Source: Bacteroidota bacterium
GTDB taxonomy: Bacteria; Bacteroidota; Bacteroidia; Palsa-965
Length of the DNA stretch: 64,000 nucleotides
Direction of reading: 5' to 3'
Assembly: GCA_013298545.1 (NCBI GenBank)
Contig: JAAFIA010000007.1
Location: forward strand, 19,590-83,589
The notes beneath the pieces were generated by a model that did no database searches, was not told the origin of the DNA, and saw only the letters and a list, made by a program, of their open reading frames with translations. Numbering within the stretch: the stretch's first letter is position 1; each line of letters opens with the position of its first letter. Positions 1 to 9,278 of this stretch are shown piece after piece. Made by a program: the position numbers and the translations under genes.

Positions 1-1234
1 GGATGATGTGAATGGGCATTCCTAATTTTTCAGTAAGCACTAAATCACGCGGAGAAGCATAATTATCGGCAATCATCACCAGTTGGCCTGATGGTCCAAA
101 ACGTTTGTTGGCATGAATGGCTGCTTCCAAATTATTTTCTGGTAAATCGCCCCCGCCCCCGCCGCTCATCGCCATGCGCGCTGCCCGCCGCACACTGTCG
201 AAACTTACCGGATACGCATCATACAAGCCTCCTGTCTCCCCTATTTTTTTCTGCGACGTGATTTTATTATTTCCATCATTGAAAAATGTAACACCTTGAA
301 TTCGTCCCTCCGTCCAATTCGTTTGCATCCATAAAAAAACAGATGCCGTATAGGGCGACATGCTTCCCGTTACATCGCAAACCATAATCATCTCGTTCCA
401 TTTGTTTCGTTTTAAAACAGCCAACACAACCGAATCCGAAAAGGAAACATTCGCCACATCCAATTCTGCTTCCCGACCAACAGGACGTCCGTTAAGATCC
501 GAATACCGAATCATCCGTTTGCGTTTATACCCTTGCGCATATTCCCACACCACAATATTTTCGAATGTCGTATCGGCATACACCGCATTGCGAACCGTAT
601 GATTCTCGCCAAGTGGTTTGACATAAAAACGCAAACTATCTTCTGGAATACGGTATTTCTTACTCACGATACGAATACCGCCAACCACATAAACATATTC
701 TTTTCCACCTGCACCGTCCGTTGTTACATCACCGCCTGTGGTTGATTTTTCAAAAAGCGAATCAAGGTAAGTAAGTTCAGACATTAAAAATTCCGAACTC
801 ATTTCTTCGCGGTAAACAATCACAAAGCCATGAAAAAATTGACGACCTTCTTCTGGATTGGCGGCGCCGCTTTGCCCCACAAGATTCCAAGTGGTCATTG
901 GATTTGAAAATGTTTCGGGACTACGCTTAAATAAATTTTGCAGCCGTTTGCCATTCAAGCCAAACTGATCGAATGTGGGCGATTGGCGATAGGTTGTGTA
1001 AACGAGATCAACTTGTTCCACGAGTTTTCCTTTCAGTGCAAGCAAAATTTCTGGCTGTATAAATTCAGCGCTAGCGAAAGGCATTTCAAGCACGATGATT
1101 TTCCGGCCTTGTTCTTCTGTTGGTTGTTGGTATTGCAAAACTGTTGACGTTTGCTTTGCCAGACGTTTTTGTGCACGAATTAAATCCACTTGCGCAGCAG
1201 CAAACAACGAGGCAAAACAGAAAAGCAAAACCGA
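1..1234 (-). CDS. Secreted vWA-domain protein, partial: its C-terminus runs off the window start. It is absent from the ORF track because no stop codon lies inside the window.
   Basis: The reverse-complement translation from the ATG at 1234 reads MRLLSVLLFCFASLFAAAQV..., a signal peptide. The frame stays open down to position 1. An internal DVTGSMSPY stretch resembles a vWA MIDAS motif (DxSxS). Confidence 0.5.
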
Positions 1235-1308
1235 GAGAAGCCTCATAACCGCTTGAGGATTTTTAAGAATAACGTAGAAAAACAAAAAAAGATACGTGAA
1301 CTCAAAAA

Positions 1309-2484
1309 TTATGCGCTCGCATAAAACTGTTTGCCATCGCGCGCCATGCGTTTAAGTAACACACACGGACGGTAACGATCTTCGCCATATTCTTCATACA
1401 GCGATTGAAGATTTTGCACCACCGTTTCTACACCAATCTCATCGGCCCAACGCAGCAAGCCTTTCGGGTAATTGACACCTTTCGTCATAGCCGTATCTAA
1501 GTCTTCGCGGCTAGCCAAACCTAAGTAAAGCGAATCGGCTGCTTCGTTGATGAGCATACAGATCACCCGCATAAAAATTTGGTGTGCTAGCGCATCGTCT
1601 GATGTTGGCTCGGGCATCGTTGCACCTGCGCTGTAATCGTAATACCCTTTTCCCGATTTGCGTCCGAAATAACGCGCCTCAAAAAGTCGTTTTTGTGTGA
1701 GCGATGGTTTGAAACGTGGCTCGTAGAAAAATTGTTCCCAAACGGTTTCGGTAACTTTATAATTGATGTCGTTGCCGATAAAATCCATGAGTTCAAACGG
1801 TCCCATCCGAAAACCACCTTTGGTTTTCAAGGCCCAATCAATCGTTGCAAAATCGGCAATACCTTCTTCATACATCCGAATCGACTCACCATAATACGAA
1901 CGCGCTACCCGATTGACAATAAAGCCTGGTGTGTCTTTTGTAAGCACGGTGCTTTTTCCCCAACCCGCAATCAAGGCTTTCACCTCTTGCAACATGTCCA
2001 TATTGGTTGCTACGCCAGGAATAATTTCGACGAGCGGCATGAGTGGTGCCGGATTAAAAAAATGAATGCCCATCACGCGCGATGGTATGTTGCATGCGGC
2101 TGCAATGGATGTAATCGAAAGCGAAGACGTATTGCTTGCCAATACACATGAAGGCGAAACAATGGTTTCCAGTTTGCGAAACACATCTTGTTTTACGTCG
2201 AGCAGTTCAACAATCGCTTCAATGATTAATCCACACGTAGCAAAAGCCTCCATGTTGTTTGCATACACCATGCGCGAAAGCGTTGCTTCTTTTTCGGCTT
2301 CGGTAATTTTTCCTTTCTCAACAAGTTTTGATAAGGTTGCTAGCAAAGCCGCTTCCGATTTTGTAAGCTGTTCGGCATTGCTATCAAACAAAACAACTTG
2401 ATGTCCGGCTTGTGCCGCAACCTGTGCAATGCCCGAACCCATTGCTCCTGCTCCAACAACACCAATTCCGATTGAGGTATTCAT
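1309..2484 (-). CDS. paaH: 3-hydroxyacyl-CoA dehydrogenase (3-hydroxybutyryl-CoA dehydrogenase-like), the paaH-type enzyme of the phenylacetate cluster
   Basis: 391-aa ORF with an N-terminal Rossmann motif, IGVVGAGAMGSGIAQVAAQAGHQVVLFD. It is co-oriented with the paa genes. Confidence 0.75.
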   Translation of the reverse strand: MNTSIGIGVVGAGAMGSGIAQVAAQAGHQVVLFDSNAEQLTKSEAALLATLSKLVEKGKITEAEKEATLSRMVYANNMEAFATCGLIIEAIVELLDVKQDVFRKLETIVSPSCVLASNTSSLSITSIAAACNIPSRVMGIHFFNPAPLMPLVEIIPGVATNMDMLQEVKALIAGWGKSTVLTKDTPGFIVNRVARSYYGESIRMYEEGIADFATIDWALKTKGGFRMGPFELMDFIGNDINYKVTETVWEQFFYEPRFKPSLTQKRLFEARYFGRKSGKGYYDYSAGATMPEPTSDDALAHQIFMRVICMLINEAADSLYLGLASREDLDTAMTKGVNYPKGLLRWADEIGVETVVQNLQSLYEEYGEDRYRPCVLLKRMARDGKQFYASA

Positions 2485-2535
2485 GATTTATTTTTTTTAT
2501 CTTTTTTAATTTGGGTGGTGTTTTTTTTCTTGAGA

Positions 2536-2662
2536 TTTGAGACGCTAGACAGGAGACGCTAGACATGAGACGTGAGACATGAGATGTGGTGATTTACTAG
2601 TTTGCTAATTCACCAAATCGGTGCGCAAGTTTTGTGCAATCTCATGTCTAGCGTCTCATATC
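2536..2662. repeat. Array of 7-bp tandem GAGACNN repeats (about 8 units) followed by an inverted-complement tail that can form a long hairpin
   Basis: The sequence reads gagattt gagacgc tagacag gagacgc tagacat gagacgt gagacat gagatgt. About 60 bp downstream, ctcatgtctagcgtctc is the exact reverse complement of gagacgctagacatgag. Confidence 0.6.
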
Positions 2663-2688
2663 TATAAATACGCCCAGCGTGAAAATTT

Positions 2689-3471
2689 TCATTCTCCTTT
2701 GAACACCGGTTTTCGTTTTTCTAAAAACGCATTGACGCCTTCGCTATAATCATACGTTTTTGCAGCCACAATTTGTTCATCGCCTTCGCGCGCTAGTTGT
2801 TGCGAAAGATTATTGGTCATGCTTTCGTTGAGTAAGCGTTTGGTTAGGCCAATGCCTTTTGTGGGCATTTCAGCAAGTGTGGTAGCGATTGCTAAGGCTT
2901 GCTCTTGCAACAAACCATCTTCTGCGGTTTTATATACCATGCCCATTTGTAAGGCATCGGCTGCTCCAACTTTATCGCCCAGCATCATCAATGCCGAAGC
3001 GCGTTGAAAACCAACGAGACGAGGTAGTGTAAACGTACCACCACTATCTGGAATCAACCCAATTTTGCTAAATGCTTGAATGAAAGAAGCCGAATTTGCA
3101 GCAATCACCACATCGCATGCAAGCGCGATATTGGCACCCGCGCCCGCAGCCACACCATTCACCGCACACACAATTGGTTTCTCAATGGTACGAATACGCA
3201 TGATGATGGGGTTGTAATGTTCTGTAACAATTTTGTCAATGCCTGGCCCGTTGATGTCCATCACTTCGACCAAATCTTGTCCGGCACAAAATGCTTTTCC
3301 TTCGCCCGTAAGCAGCATCGCGCGAACCGTAGCATCGGCGGCAGCTTCATCGAGTGCCGCTTGCAATTGCAAAGCCATTTCACGGTTAAAACTATTGAAT
3401 TTATCGGGACGATTGAGGCGAATTTTGCGCACTCCACCAATCGTTTCTGTGAGAATAAACGTGTTGCTCAT
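2689..3471 (-). CDS. paaG: Enoyl-CoA hydratase/isomerase (crotonase family), PaaG-like ring 1,2-epoxyphenylacetyl-CoA isomerase
   Basis: Crotonase fold with ...LLTGEGKAFCAGQDL.... The start was chosen at the internal MSNTFILTE rather than the MMRLF start of the ORF track. Confidence 0.7.
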   Translation of the reverse strand: MSNTFILTETIGGVRKIRLNRPDKFNSFNREMALQLQAALDEAAADATVRAMLLTGEGKAFCAGQDLVEVMDINGPGIDKIVTEHYNPIIMRIRTIEKPIVCAVNGVAAGAGANIALACDVVIAANSASFIQAFSKIGLIPDSGGTFTLPRLVGFQRASALMMLGDKVGAADALQMGMVYKTAEDGLLQEQALAIATTLAEMPTKGIGLTKRLLNESMTNNLSQQLAREGDEQIVAAKTYDYSEGVNAFLEKRKPVFKGE

Positions 3472-3556
3472 AAGTTGATGCTGATAGCAACAAATATACA
3501 TATTCGATGCGGTGAATAATCGCATCAACCGCTATGCATCAAAAAATCAATTCCAA

Positions 3557-3739
3557 TTATTTGGGGGCATCCGTTTTATCGGCAGGTGCTAAAAAGAAAA
3601 GAATGAAAACAGAAACAACGGGTAAAAGACAACCGATAAAAAACCATTTCCAAAAAGAACGTCCAATGCTTCGTGCAAAAAATGCCGTAATCAACGGGAT
3701 ATTAAACAAACAAACACCGATGAAAAGCAGGAAAGGCAT
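3557..3739 (-). CDS. Possible small two-TM membrane protein
   Basis: 60-aa ORF with two hydrophobic stretches, lying in the 470-bp gap between paaG and paaD. There is no other support. Confidence 0.2.
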   Translation of the reverse strand: MPFLLFIGVCLFNIPLITAFFARSIGRSFWKWFFIGCLLPVVSVFILFFLAPADKTDAPK

Positions 3740-3944
3740 GACATAAAATTAGGCTAAAAACAGACGCAATCATACGCTTTTGATTGAACTTGCTTCTTTT
3801 CAAAAAACGTTTCCACGCGTGTTTCCAAGCGAATCGGAACAACAAACCGTGAATTGTGGAGATCAGCCCAAATGACTACGCGAAAATTTTGAAAAATATT
3901 TTTTCGTTTCCGGCAATGTTTCCTTGAAAATTGGATTACGGCGA

Positions 3945-4475
3945 TCAAATACACTTAAAATAATCAAATGGCTCTTTGCAATCTTCGCATTTCCAAAGTG
4001 CTTTACACGCCGTTGAGCCAAAATTGCTAACCATCACGGTGTGTTCGGAACGGCAGCGCGGACATTTTACCATTTTATTTTTTCCGAGCAACACATTTTT
4101 TTCGGCGGTGGTATGTGCGGGGGGCGCAATACCATATACATTTAATTTTTCGTGTGCGGCGGGTGTCAACCAATCGGTTGTCCATGCCGGACTGAGCTGG
4201 TGTTTGACAACCCCATTTTCAAAACCGTTTCGTTTCAAAGCGGCTTTGATTTCATCCGCAATTACATCCATTGCCGGACAGCCGCTGTAGGTTGGTGTAA
4301 TAAAAACAGTAAGCGAATCGGTGTTTTTTTCAACACCACGCACAATGCCCATCTCCACAACATTCAAGACCGGAATTTCGGGATCGCATACCGTTTCTAG
4401 TATTTCCCAGATGGCGGTTGTGTCTGGATGGCGAACGGGAAGATCGTTGGCGGGCAATCGAAAAAGTTCGCTCAT
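3945..4475 (-). CDS. paaD: Phenylacetate-CoA oxygenase subunit PaaD (DUF59 domain plus a C-terminal Zn ribbon)
   Basis: 176 aa. It ends CPRCRSEHTVMVSNFGSTACKALWKCEDCKEPF, which looks like a zinc ribbon. It sits directly downstream of paaC. Confidence 0.8.
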   Translation of the reverse strand: MSELFRLPANDLPVRHPDTTAIWEILETVCDPEIPVLNVVEMGIVRGVEKNTDSLTVFITPTYSGCPAMDVIADEIKAALKRNGFENGVVKHQLSPAWTTDWLTPAAHEKLNVYGIAPPAHTTAEKNVLLGKNKMVKCPRCRSEHTVMVSNFGSTACKALWKCEDCKEPFDYFKCI

Positions 4476-4498
4476 GATACACGACTAAGAATAAGGTA

Positions 4499-5263
4499 TT
4501 ACCAGTTTGCACCCGGATAGGCGCGTGCAAGCGATTGCATCTCGCCCAAGAGGTAACTCAAGGCTTCGGTATGAATTCCGTTGCGGCTTCCCGATTGAAA
4601 CCAATTGCTTTCAGGAACAGTAAGCGTTGCTTCTGTCAGCACATCGCTTACACGCTTCAACCACGCTTCACGAAATGTAGAAACGTCAGGAACAATTCCT
4701 GCGCTTACGAGTTGCATATCGGCTTCTGTGGTAGCAAATAAATCGCCGGTAAACATCCAAAGTTTATCTACCCCTTCTTGCATGCGGCGTTTGCTTTCGT
4801 CTGTTCCATCGCCAAGACGCAAGGTCCATTCGGCTGCATGACGCAAATGATACGCGTTTTCTTTGATCGCTTTTGCTGCATAACCCGCAAAAGTAGCATC
4901 CGTACTTTTCTGAAGACCTTGCAAAAGTTGGTCGGCAAAAACGGAATAGAATAATTGACGTGCAATGGTTTGTGCAAAATCGCCGTTGTCGGTTTCGGTT
5001 AGTAAGGCATTCCGAAATTCTGCCGATTGGCGGTAATACGCTAAATCGTCTTCGGTACGTCCTTTGCCTTCAATTTCTCCGGCATAAGACAAAAGCATAC
5101 GCGATTGTCCGACCAAATCAAGTGCAATGTTGGTAAGTGCAATATCTTCTTCCAAAATTGGCCCGTTGGCTGTCCATTCCGAAAGCCGATGCCCGAGAAT
5201 GAGTGCATTGTCTCCAAGACGGAGCGCATATTCAAATAAAGCTTGCTGGCTGTTGACAGACAT
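4499..5263 (-). CDS. paaC: 1,2-phenylacetyl-CoA epoxidase subunit PaaC
   Basis: 254-aa ferritin-like subunit, positioned between paaB and paaD. Confidence 0.8.
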   Translation of the reverse strand: MSVNSQQALFEYALRLGDNALILGHRLSEWTANGPILEEDIALTNIALDLVGQSRMLLSYAGEIEGKGRTEDDLAYYRQSAEFRNALLTETDNGDFAQTIARQLFYSVFADQLLQGLQKSTDATFAGYAAKAIKENAYHLRHAAEWTLRLGDGTDESKRRMQEGVDKLWMFTGDLFATTEADMQLVSAGIVPDVSTFREAWLKRVSDVLTEATLTVPESNWFQSGSRNGIHTEALSYLLGEMQSLARAYPGANW

Positions 5264-5267
5264 GGAC

Positions 5268-5561
5268 TCAGAGGTATTTGATGCCTTCCGGAGTCACATA
5301 AAATGTGGGATGGCGGTAGGGTTTATCGTTTGATGGTTCGAAGAAAGGGCCGATGTCTTCGGGCGAAGAAGCGGTAATTGCTGTTGCCGGAACAACCCAT
5401 ATACTCGTGCCTTCGCTGCGGCGTGTATAAAGGTCGCGGGCATTTTGCAAAGCCATTTCTTTATCGGGAGCATGTACGCTACCGCAATGTTTGTGTGGCG
5501 TTCCGGTTTTTGCTTGTACAAAAACTTCCCAAAGTGGCCATTGATTATCTGTTGTACTCAT
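5268..5561 (-). CDS. paaB: 1,2-phenylacetyl-CoA epoxidase subunit PaaB
   Basis: 97 aa, MSTTDNQWPLWEVFVQ...YVTPEGIKYL, which is the typical PaaB length and sequence. Confidence 0.85.
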   Translation of the reverse strand: MSTTDNQWPLWEVFVQAKTGTPHKHCGSVHAPDKEMALQNARDLYTRRSEGTSIWVVPATAITASSPEDIGPFFEPSNDKPYRHPTFYVTPEGIKYL

Positions 5562-5600
5562 TGGTATAGAAACGAAAATATAATTTTTAAAAAGATGTGA

Positions 5601-6554
5601 TTAAGCCACTAAAGAACCTGCTTCGCGTTTGGCTTTTTTGGCAGCGTACGCATTGGCCGCTTCGCGCACCCAAGCGCCGTTCTCATGCGCGGCAACACGC
5701 ACCTTCAAGCGGATGTGATTGCATGGGCCACGACCTTCAACGACATTCCAAAATTCTTCCCAGTTAATTTCGCCCGAATCGTAATGGCCGCGCTCTTCGT
5801 TCCACTTCAATTCTGGATCAGGAATAACAAGTCCCAAATGCTCTGCTTGTGCAACGGTGCGATCAATAAATTTCTGACGCAATTCATCGTTTGTTTCGCG
5901 TTTAATTTTCCAACGAATAGAGTCGGTACTATTTTTTGATTCCGAATCTTTAGGACCAAACATCATGAGCGTGGGCCACCACCAACGGTTGAGGGCATCT
6001 TGTGCCATGGCTTTTTGCTCGGGAGTTCCGGCAGCAAGGGCGCACATAATTTCATAACCTTGGCGTTGGTGAAAACTTTCTTCTTTGCAGATACGCACCA
6101 TGGCACGCGAGTACGGGCCGTAAGAAGTACGTTGCAGCATAACTTGATTGATGATAGCAGCGCCATCTACCAACCAGCCTACTGCGCCCATATCAGCCCA
6201 CGTAAGGGTTTGGTAATTGAAGATGCTGGAATATTTGGCTTTGCCCGTATGCAATTGATCGAGCAGTTCGTCGCGCGAGATACCCATCGTTTCGGCTGCG
6301 CTGTAAAGATAAAGACCGTGCCCGGCTTCGTCTTGTACTTTGGCTAGCAATACCGCTTTGCGGCGCAGGCTTGGGGCGCGGGTAATCCAGTTGCCTTCGG
6401 GTTGCATGCCAATGATTTCGGAATGCGCATGCTGCGATATTTGACGAATTAAGGTTTTGCGGTATTTCTCCGGCATCCAGTCTTTGGGTTCAATAAATTC
6501 GCCTTTATCGAGCTTGGCGTTGAACTGTTCTTCTAGTTGGACGGTGTTTTCCAT
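5601..6554 (-). CDS. paaA: 1,2-phenylacetyl-CoA epoxidase catalytic subunit PaaA
   Basis: 317-aa di-iron oxygenase with the typical PaaA N-terminus ...[37 protein letters not shown].... Confidence 0.9.
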   Translation of the reverse strand: MENTVQLEEQFNAKLDKGEFIEPKDWMPEKYRKTLIRQISQHAHSEIIGMQPEGNWITRAPSLRRKAVLLAKVQDEAGHGLYLYSAAETMGISRDELLDQLHTGKAKYSSIFNYQTLTWADMGAVGWLVDGAAIINQVMLQRTSYGPYSRAMVRICKEESFHQRQGYEIMCALAAGTPEQKAMAQDALNRWWWPTLMMFGPKDSESKNSTDSIRWKIKRETNDELRQKFIDRTVAQAEHLGLVIPDPELKWNEERGHYDSGEINWEEFWNVVEGRGPCNHIRLKVRVAAHENGAWVREAANAYAAKKAKREAGSLVA

Positions 6555-6734
6555 AGTCGTTCCGTTTTTTCGGGTAGCGCAAATATACGCATTCCCTGTG
6601 GGGCAAATAACTTGATTTTAAGTTGATTTTTTGCTGATATAAGTCAGATCATTCATAAAACAATTCGCTCAAAACATTGTTCATGCGGTGCGGAAACCTT
6701 ATTTTTGCGCCCCAATCAGCCAACACCTTTTTCT

Positions 6735-7799
6735 ATGGCCCGTTTTCATCGCCTTCGTATTGCCGACATTACCCGCGAAACCGCAGACTGCGTATCGCTT
6801 GTATTTGATATTCCAGCTGCTATTCGTTCGGAGTTCAATTACTTACAAGGTCAATACTTGACCTTAAAATTGATCGTTAATGGCGAAGAGCTTCGTCGTT
6901 CGTATTCGGTTTGCAGCAGTCCTGTTGCCGATTCGGAATTGCGCATTGCCATTAAAAAAGTAAAAGATGGCCGTGGCTCAACCTACTTAAATGATGTGGC
7001 GCGTGTTGGCGACGAAATTGAGGTAATGACACCGATGGGCAGTTTTCATTCGCCCATGAATGCGGCTCATGCCAAACACTATTATTTGTTTGCTGGTGGA
7101 AGCGGTATTACACCGATGCTTTCCATCATCAAAACCGTTTTGCATAGCGAACCCAACAGCAAACTGACCTTGTTTTACGGCAACCGCGATACCAATTCCA
7201 TTATTTTCAAAAATCACCTGGATCAATTGTTGGCGGAAAATGCTAGTCGTTTGGCGGTTATTCATATTCTCGAACAAGGTGGTAGCGATGCGCTTTGCAC
7301 AGGCATCATGAGTCCAGAAAAAGTACAAGAACTTATTGCCAAGTACGGTTCACTTACAGGCGACAATGAATTTTTCGTTTGCGGACCAACGCCAATGATG
7401 AAAAATGTGCAGCAGGTTTTAGAGGCCGGAAAAGTAGAAGCCAAACGCATTCACATCGAGTATTTCACGGCTGTATTAGAAGCACCCAAAACACCTGTTG
7501 CGGCAAGTTCTTCTGACACGAGCAAAGTAACGGTGATTATGGATGGCGAAGAAACCGTTTTTAATGTTAGCGCAACTGGCGAACCCATTTTGGATTTGGC
7601 ACTTGATGCGGGCCTCGATGTTCCATACGCTTGCAAAGGTGCGGTGTGCTGCACGTGCCGCGCCAAAGTACTGGAAGGCAAAATGACGATGGACAATAAT
7701 TTTGCGCTTACAGATGATGAAGTACGACAAGGTTATGTACTTACTTGCCAAGCGCATCCGGCCACACCAGTGGTTGTGGTGAGTTACGACGAATTGTAA
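6735..7799 (+). CDS. paaE: Phenylacetate-CoA oxygenase reductase subunit PaaE (FAD/NAD ferredoxin reductase with a C-terminal 2Fe-2S ferredoxin)
   Basis: The C-terminal CKGAVCCTCRAKVLEGK...VLTCQAHP is a plant-type 2Fe-2S motif, and the N-terminus has an FNR-like fold. It is transcribed divergently from paaA. The start is probably MARFHRL, so the ORF-track start at 6705 may be too far upstream. Confidence 0.85.
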   Translation: MARFHRLRIADITRETADCVSLVFDIPAAIRSEFNYLQGQYLTLKLIVNGEELRRSYSVCSSPVADSELRIAIKKVKDGRGSTYLNDVARVGDEIEVMTPMGSFHSPMNAAHAKHYYLFAGGSGITPMLSIIKTVLHSEPNSKLTLFYGNRDTNSIIFKNHLDQLLAENASRLAVIHILEQGGSDALCTGIMSPEKVQELIAKYGSLTGDNEFFVCGPTPMMKNVQQVLEAGKVEAKRIHIEYFTAVLEAPKTPVAASSSDTSKVTVIMDGEETVFNVSATGEPILDLALDAGLDVPYACKGAVCCTCRAKVLEGKMTMDNNFALTDDEVRQGYVLTCQAHPATPVVVVSYDEL

Positions 7800-7820
7800 A
7801 ATTCCTAGTTTAGAAATAGT

Positions 7821-7858
7821 AAAATCCCAACTTGATTATTCGGGTTGGGATTTTTTGT
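7821..7858 (+). terminator. Rho-independent terminator after paaE
   Basis: The stem aatcccaac / gttgggatt is 9 bp and is followed by tttttt. Confidence 0.7.
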
Positions 7859-7910
7859 GCACTAAAAGATAGCACGAACGATATAAAAAACACATCAACA
7901 CAAACTCATC

Positions 7911-8062
7911 AGCGTTTGCAACGCGGATGCACGAGAAGCGTTAGCCCAAGGCTAATAACGCGCATTGCATTAAATCTTCTTAAAACGAATTTAAATCTTT
8001 CAATAATTCTTATTTCGCGTTGCAAACGCGAATCTCGGCCCAACGCGTTGCAAACGCGTTGG
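7911..8062. repeat. Three copies of a near-palindromic hairpin motif, GCGTT-GCA-AACGC
   Basis: The three copies are agcgtttgcaacgcgg (7911–7926), tcgcgttgcaaacgcga (8015–8031) and ccaacgcgttgcaaacgcgttgg (8040–8062). The last has a perfect 10-bp stem with a 3-nt loop. Confidence 0.6.
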
Positions 8063-8216
8063 AGCATCAACTCATCTAATAATATGTATTTCAAATAATT
8101 AATGTTCCGAACAGTAATGATTTCAAATCCTGCGGAGCGTGCGTGATTTAAAAAATATTGTCTTTATATATTTCAGTCATCACAATTTCCTCATCACCCT
8201 CATTTCTCATACCTTA

Positions 8217-8380
8217 GTAACTGTTTAAATTTTATCCTTTGATTTTGTTATGCGCCTTTTTGCACCATACTTCGTTGCGTTTTTCGACCGTAGCCGCCCT
8301 GCTATGGCCTTCAAAACACGCCTCGTCTGGCACAAAAAGTCATCATAACAATTCTCAAAAACAAATTTTAAACAGTTACT
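8217..8380 (+). repeat. Copy 1 of a dispersed repeat of about 165 bp with 13–14 bp terminal inverted repeats (MITE-like; could also be a small structured RNA)
   Basis: Its ends are gtaactgtttaaa ... tttaaacagttac. It is near-identical to 38083–38246, and to 62353–62516 in reverse orientation. Confidence 0.7.
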
Positions 8381-8408
8381 TAGACCAAACTAAAAAACCA
8401 CCCTACAC

Positions 8409-8918
8409 ATGAAACCAGCAGATTTTGTAAAAGCGTTTTTGCCTTTTGCTAAAAAGACCGAAGAAAAAACAGGCATCAGTGCCATTGCTATTCTCGCACA
8501 AGCCGCCCTTGAAAGCGGTTGGGGCGAAAAAGCGCCGGGCAATATGTTCTTTGGCGTAAAAGATACCGACGGCCTCAATGGCAACGAACAATTGCTAACT
8601 ACAACAGAATACAGCCGCCGTTCGGATTTGAAATTTCCAGAAATCATCAGCATTACGCCTGTGGTTCGCAATGGTCAAAAGTATTTCAAATACATCGTGA
8701 AAGATTATTTCCGCAAATACAAAACACCGGAAGAATGTTTCACCGATCACACTAAATTTTTCTTCGACAATAAACGCTACAAAGCAGCATTAGCAGTACG
8801 TCAAGATCCATACAAATTTATCGACGAGATTGCTAAAGCGGGTTATGCTACTGCTCCAGATTATGCCGTCACGCTAAAAAAAGTTGCGGCTACCATTGAA
8901 AAGAATATCCCTAAGTAA
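8409..8918 (+). CDS. Glucosaminidase-domain protein (GH73, FlgJ/mannosyl-glycoprotein endo-β-N-acetylglucosaminidase-like)
   Basis: AILAQAALESGWG is the hallmark of the glucosaminidase domain. 169 aa with no signal peptide. Confidence 0.7.
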   Translation: MKPADFVKAFLPFAKKTEEKTGISAIAILAQAALESGWGEKAPGNMFFGVKDTDGLNGNEQLLTTTEYSRRSDLKFPEIISITPVVRNGQKYFKYIVKDYFRKYKTPEECFTDHTKFFFDNKRYKAALAVRQDPYKFIDEIAKAGYATAPDYAVTLKKVAATIEKNIPK

Positions 8919-8937
8919 ACGTTTTTGCAGCGCACGG

Positions 8938-9140
8938 GCTGACGCAGACTTGAGACGCAGACTTGAGACGTGAGACGTGAGACTGGAGACTTGAGACAGG
9001 AGACTTGAGACTTGAGACTTGAGACGCAATACAACAAGAGAAACAGCGCGAAGTGCGGAGAGCGCGAAATACTCGCTCTGTTTCTCCGCTCTTCGCTCTA
9101 AAACTATGCGGTCTCATATCTCTCATGTCTAAAAACTATA
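8938..9140. repeat. Array of 7-bp tandem repeats (ACTTGAG / ACGTGAG / ACGCAG, about 13 units), an internal hairpin, and a gtctcatatctctcatgtct tail related to the locus at 2536–2662
   Basis: The sequence reads gacgcag acttgag acgcag acttgag acgtgag acgtgag actggag acttgag acaggag acttgag acttgag acttgag. Inside it, gagaaacagcgcg...cgctctgtttctc is an inverted repeat. The tail shares gtctcatatct with locus 1. Confidence 0.6.
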
Positions 9141-9278
9141 CCGAACTAACGCGCAAATTACAAAGCACCGATCTTAACACACAACAGTTTACCCAACAAA
9201 AAATCCATCCCGAAAACGGAATGGATTTTTTTATGCTTTGCTACTTGTTCTTTTGGAACTTGGAAATTCACTTTCTGA

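Noticed and set aside
3754-3954. 66-aa minus-strand ORF between paaG and paaD
   Set aside because: It has basic low-complexity composition, abuts the paaD stop, and has no recognisable features.
7832-8098. 88-aa ORF in the intergenic hairpin region
   Set aside because: It spans the terminator and the palindromic hairpin array. Its composition is non-protein-like.
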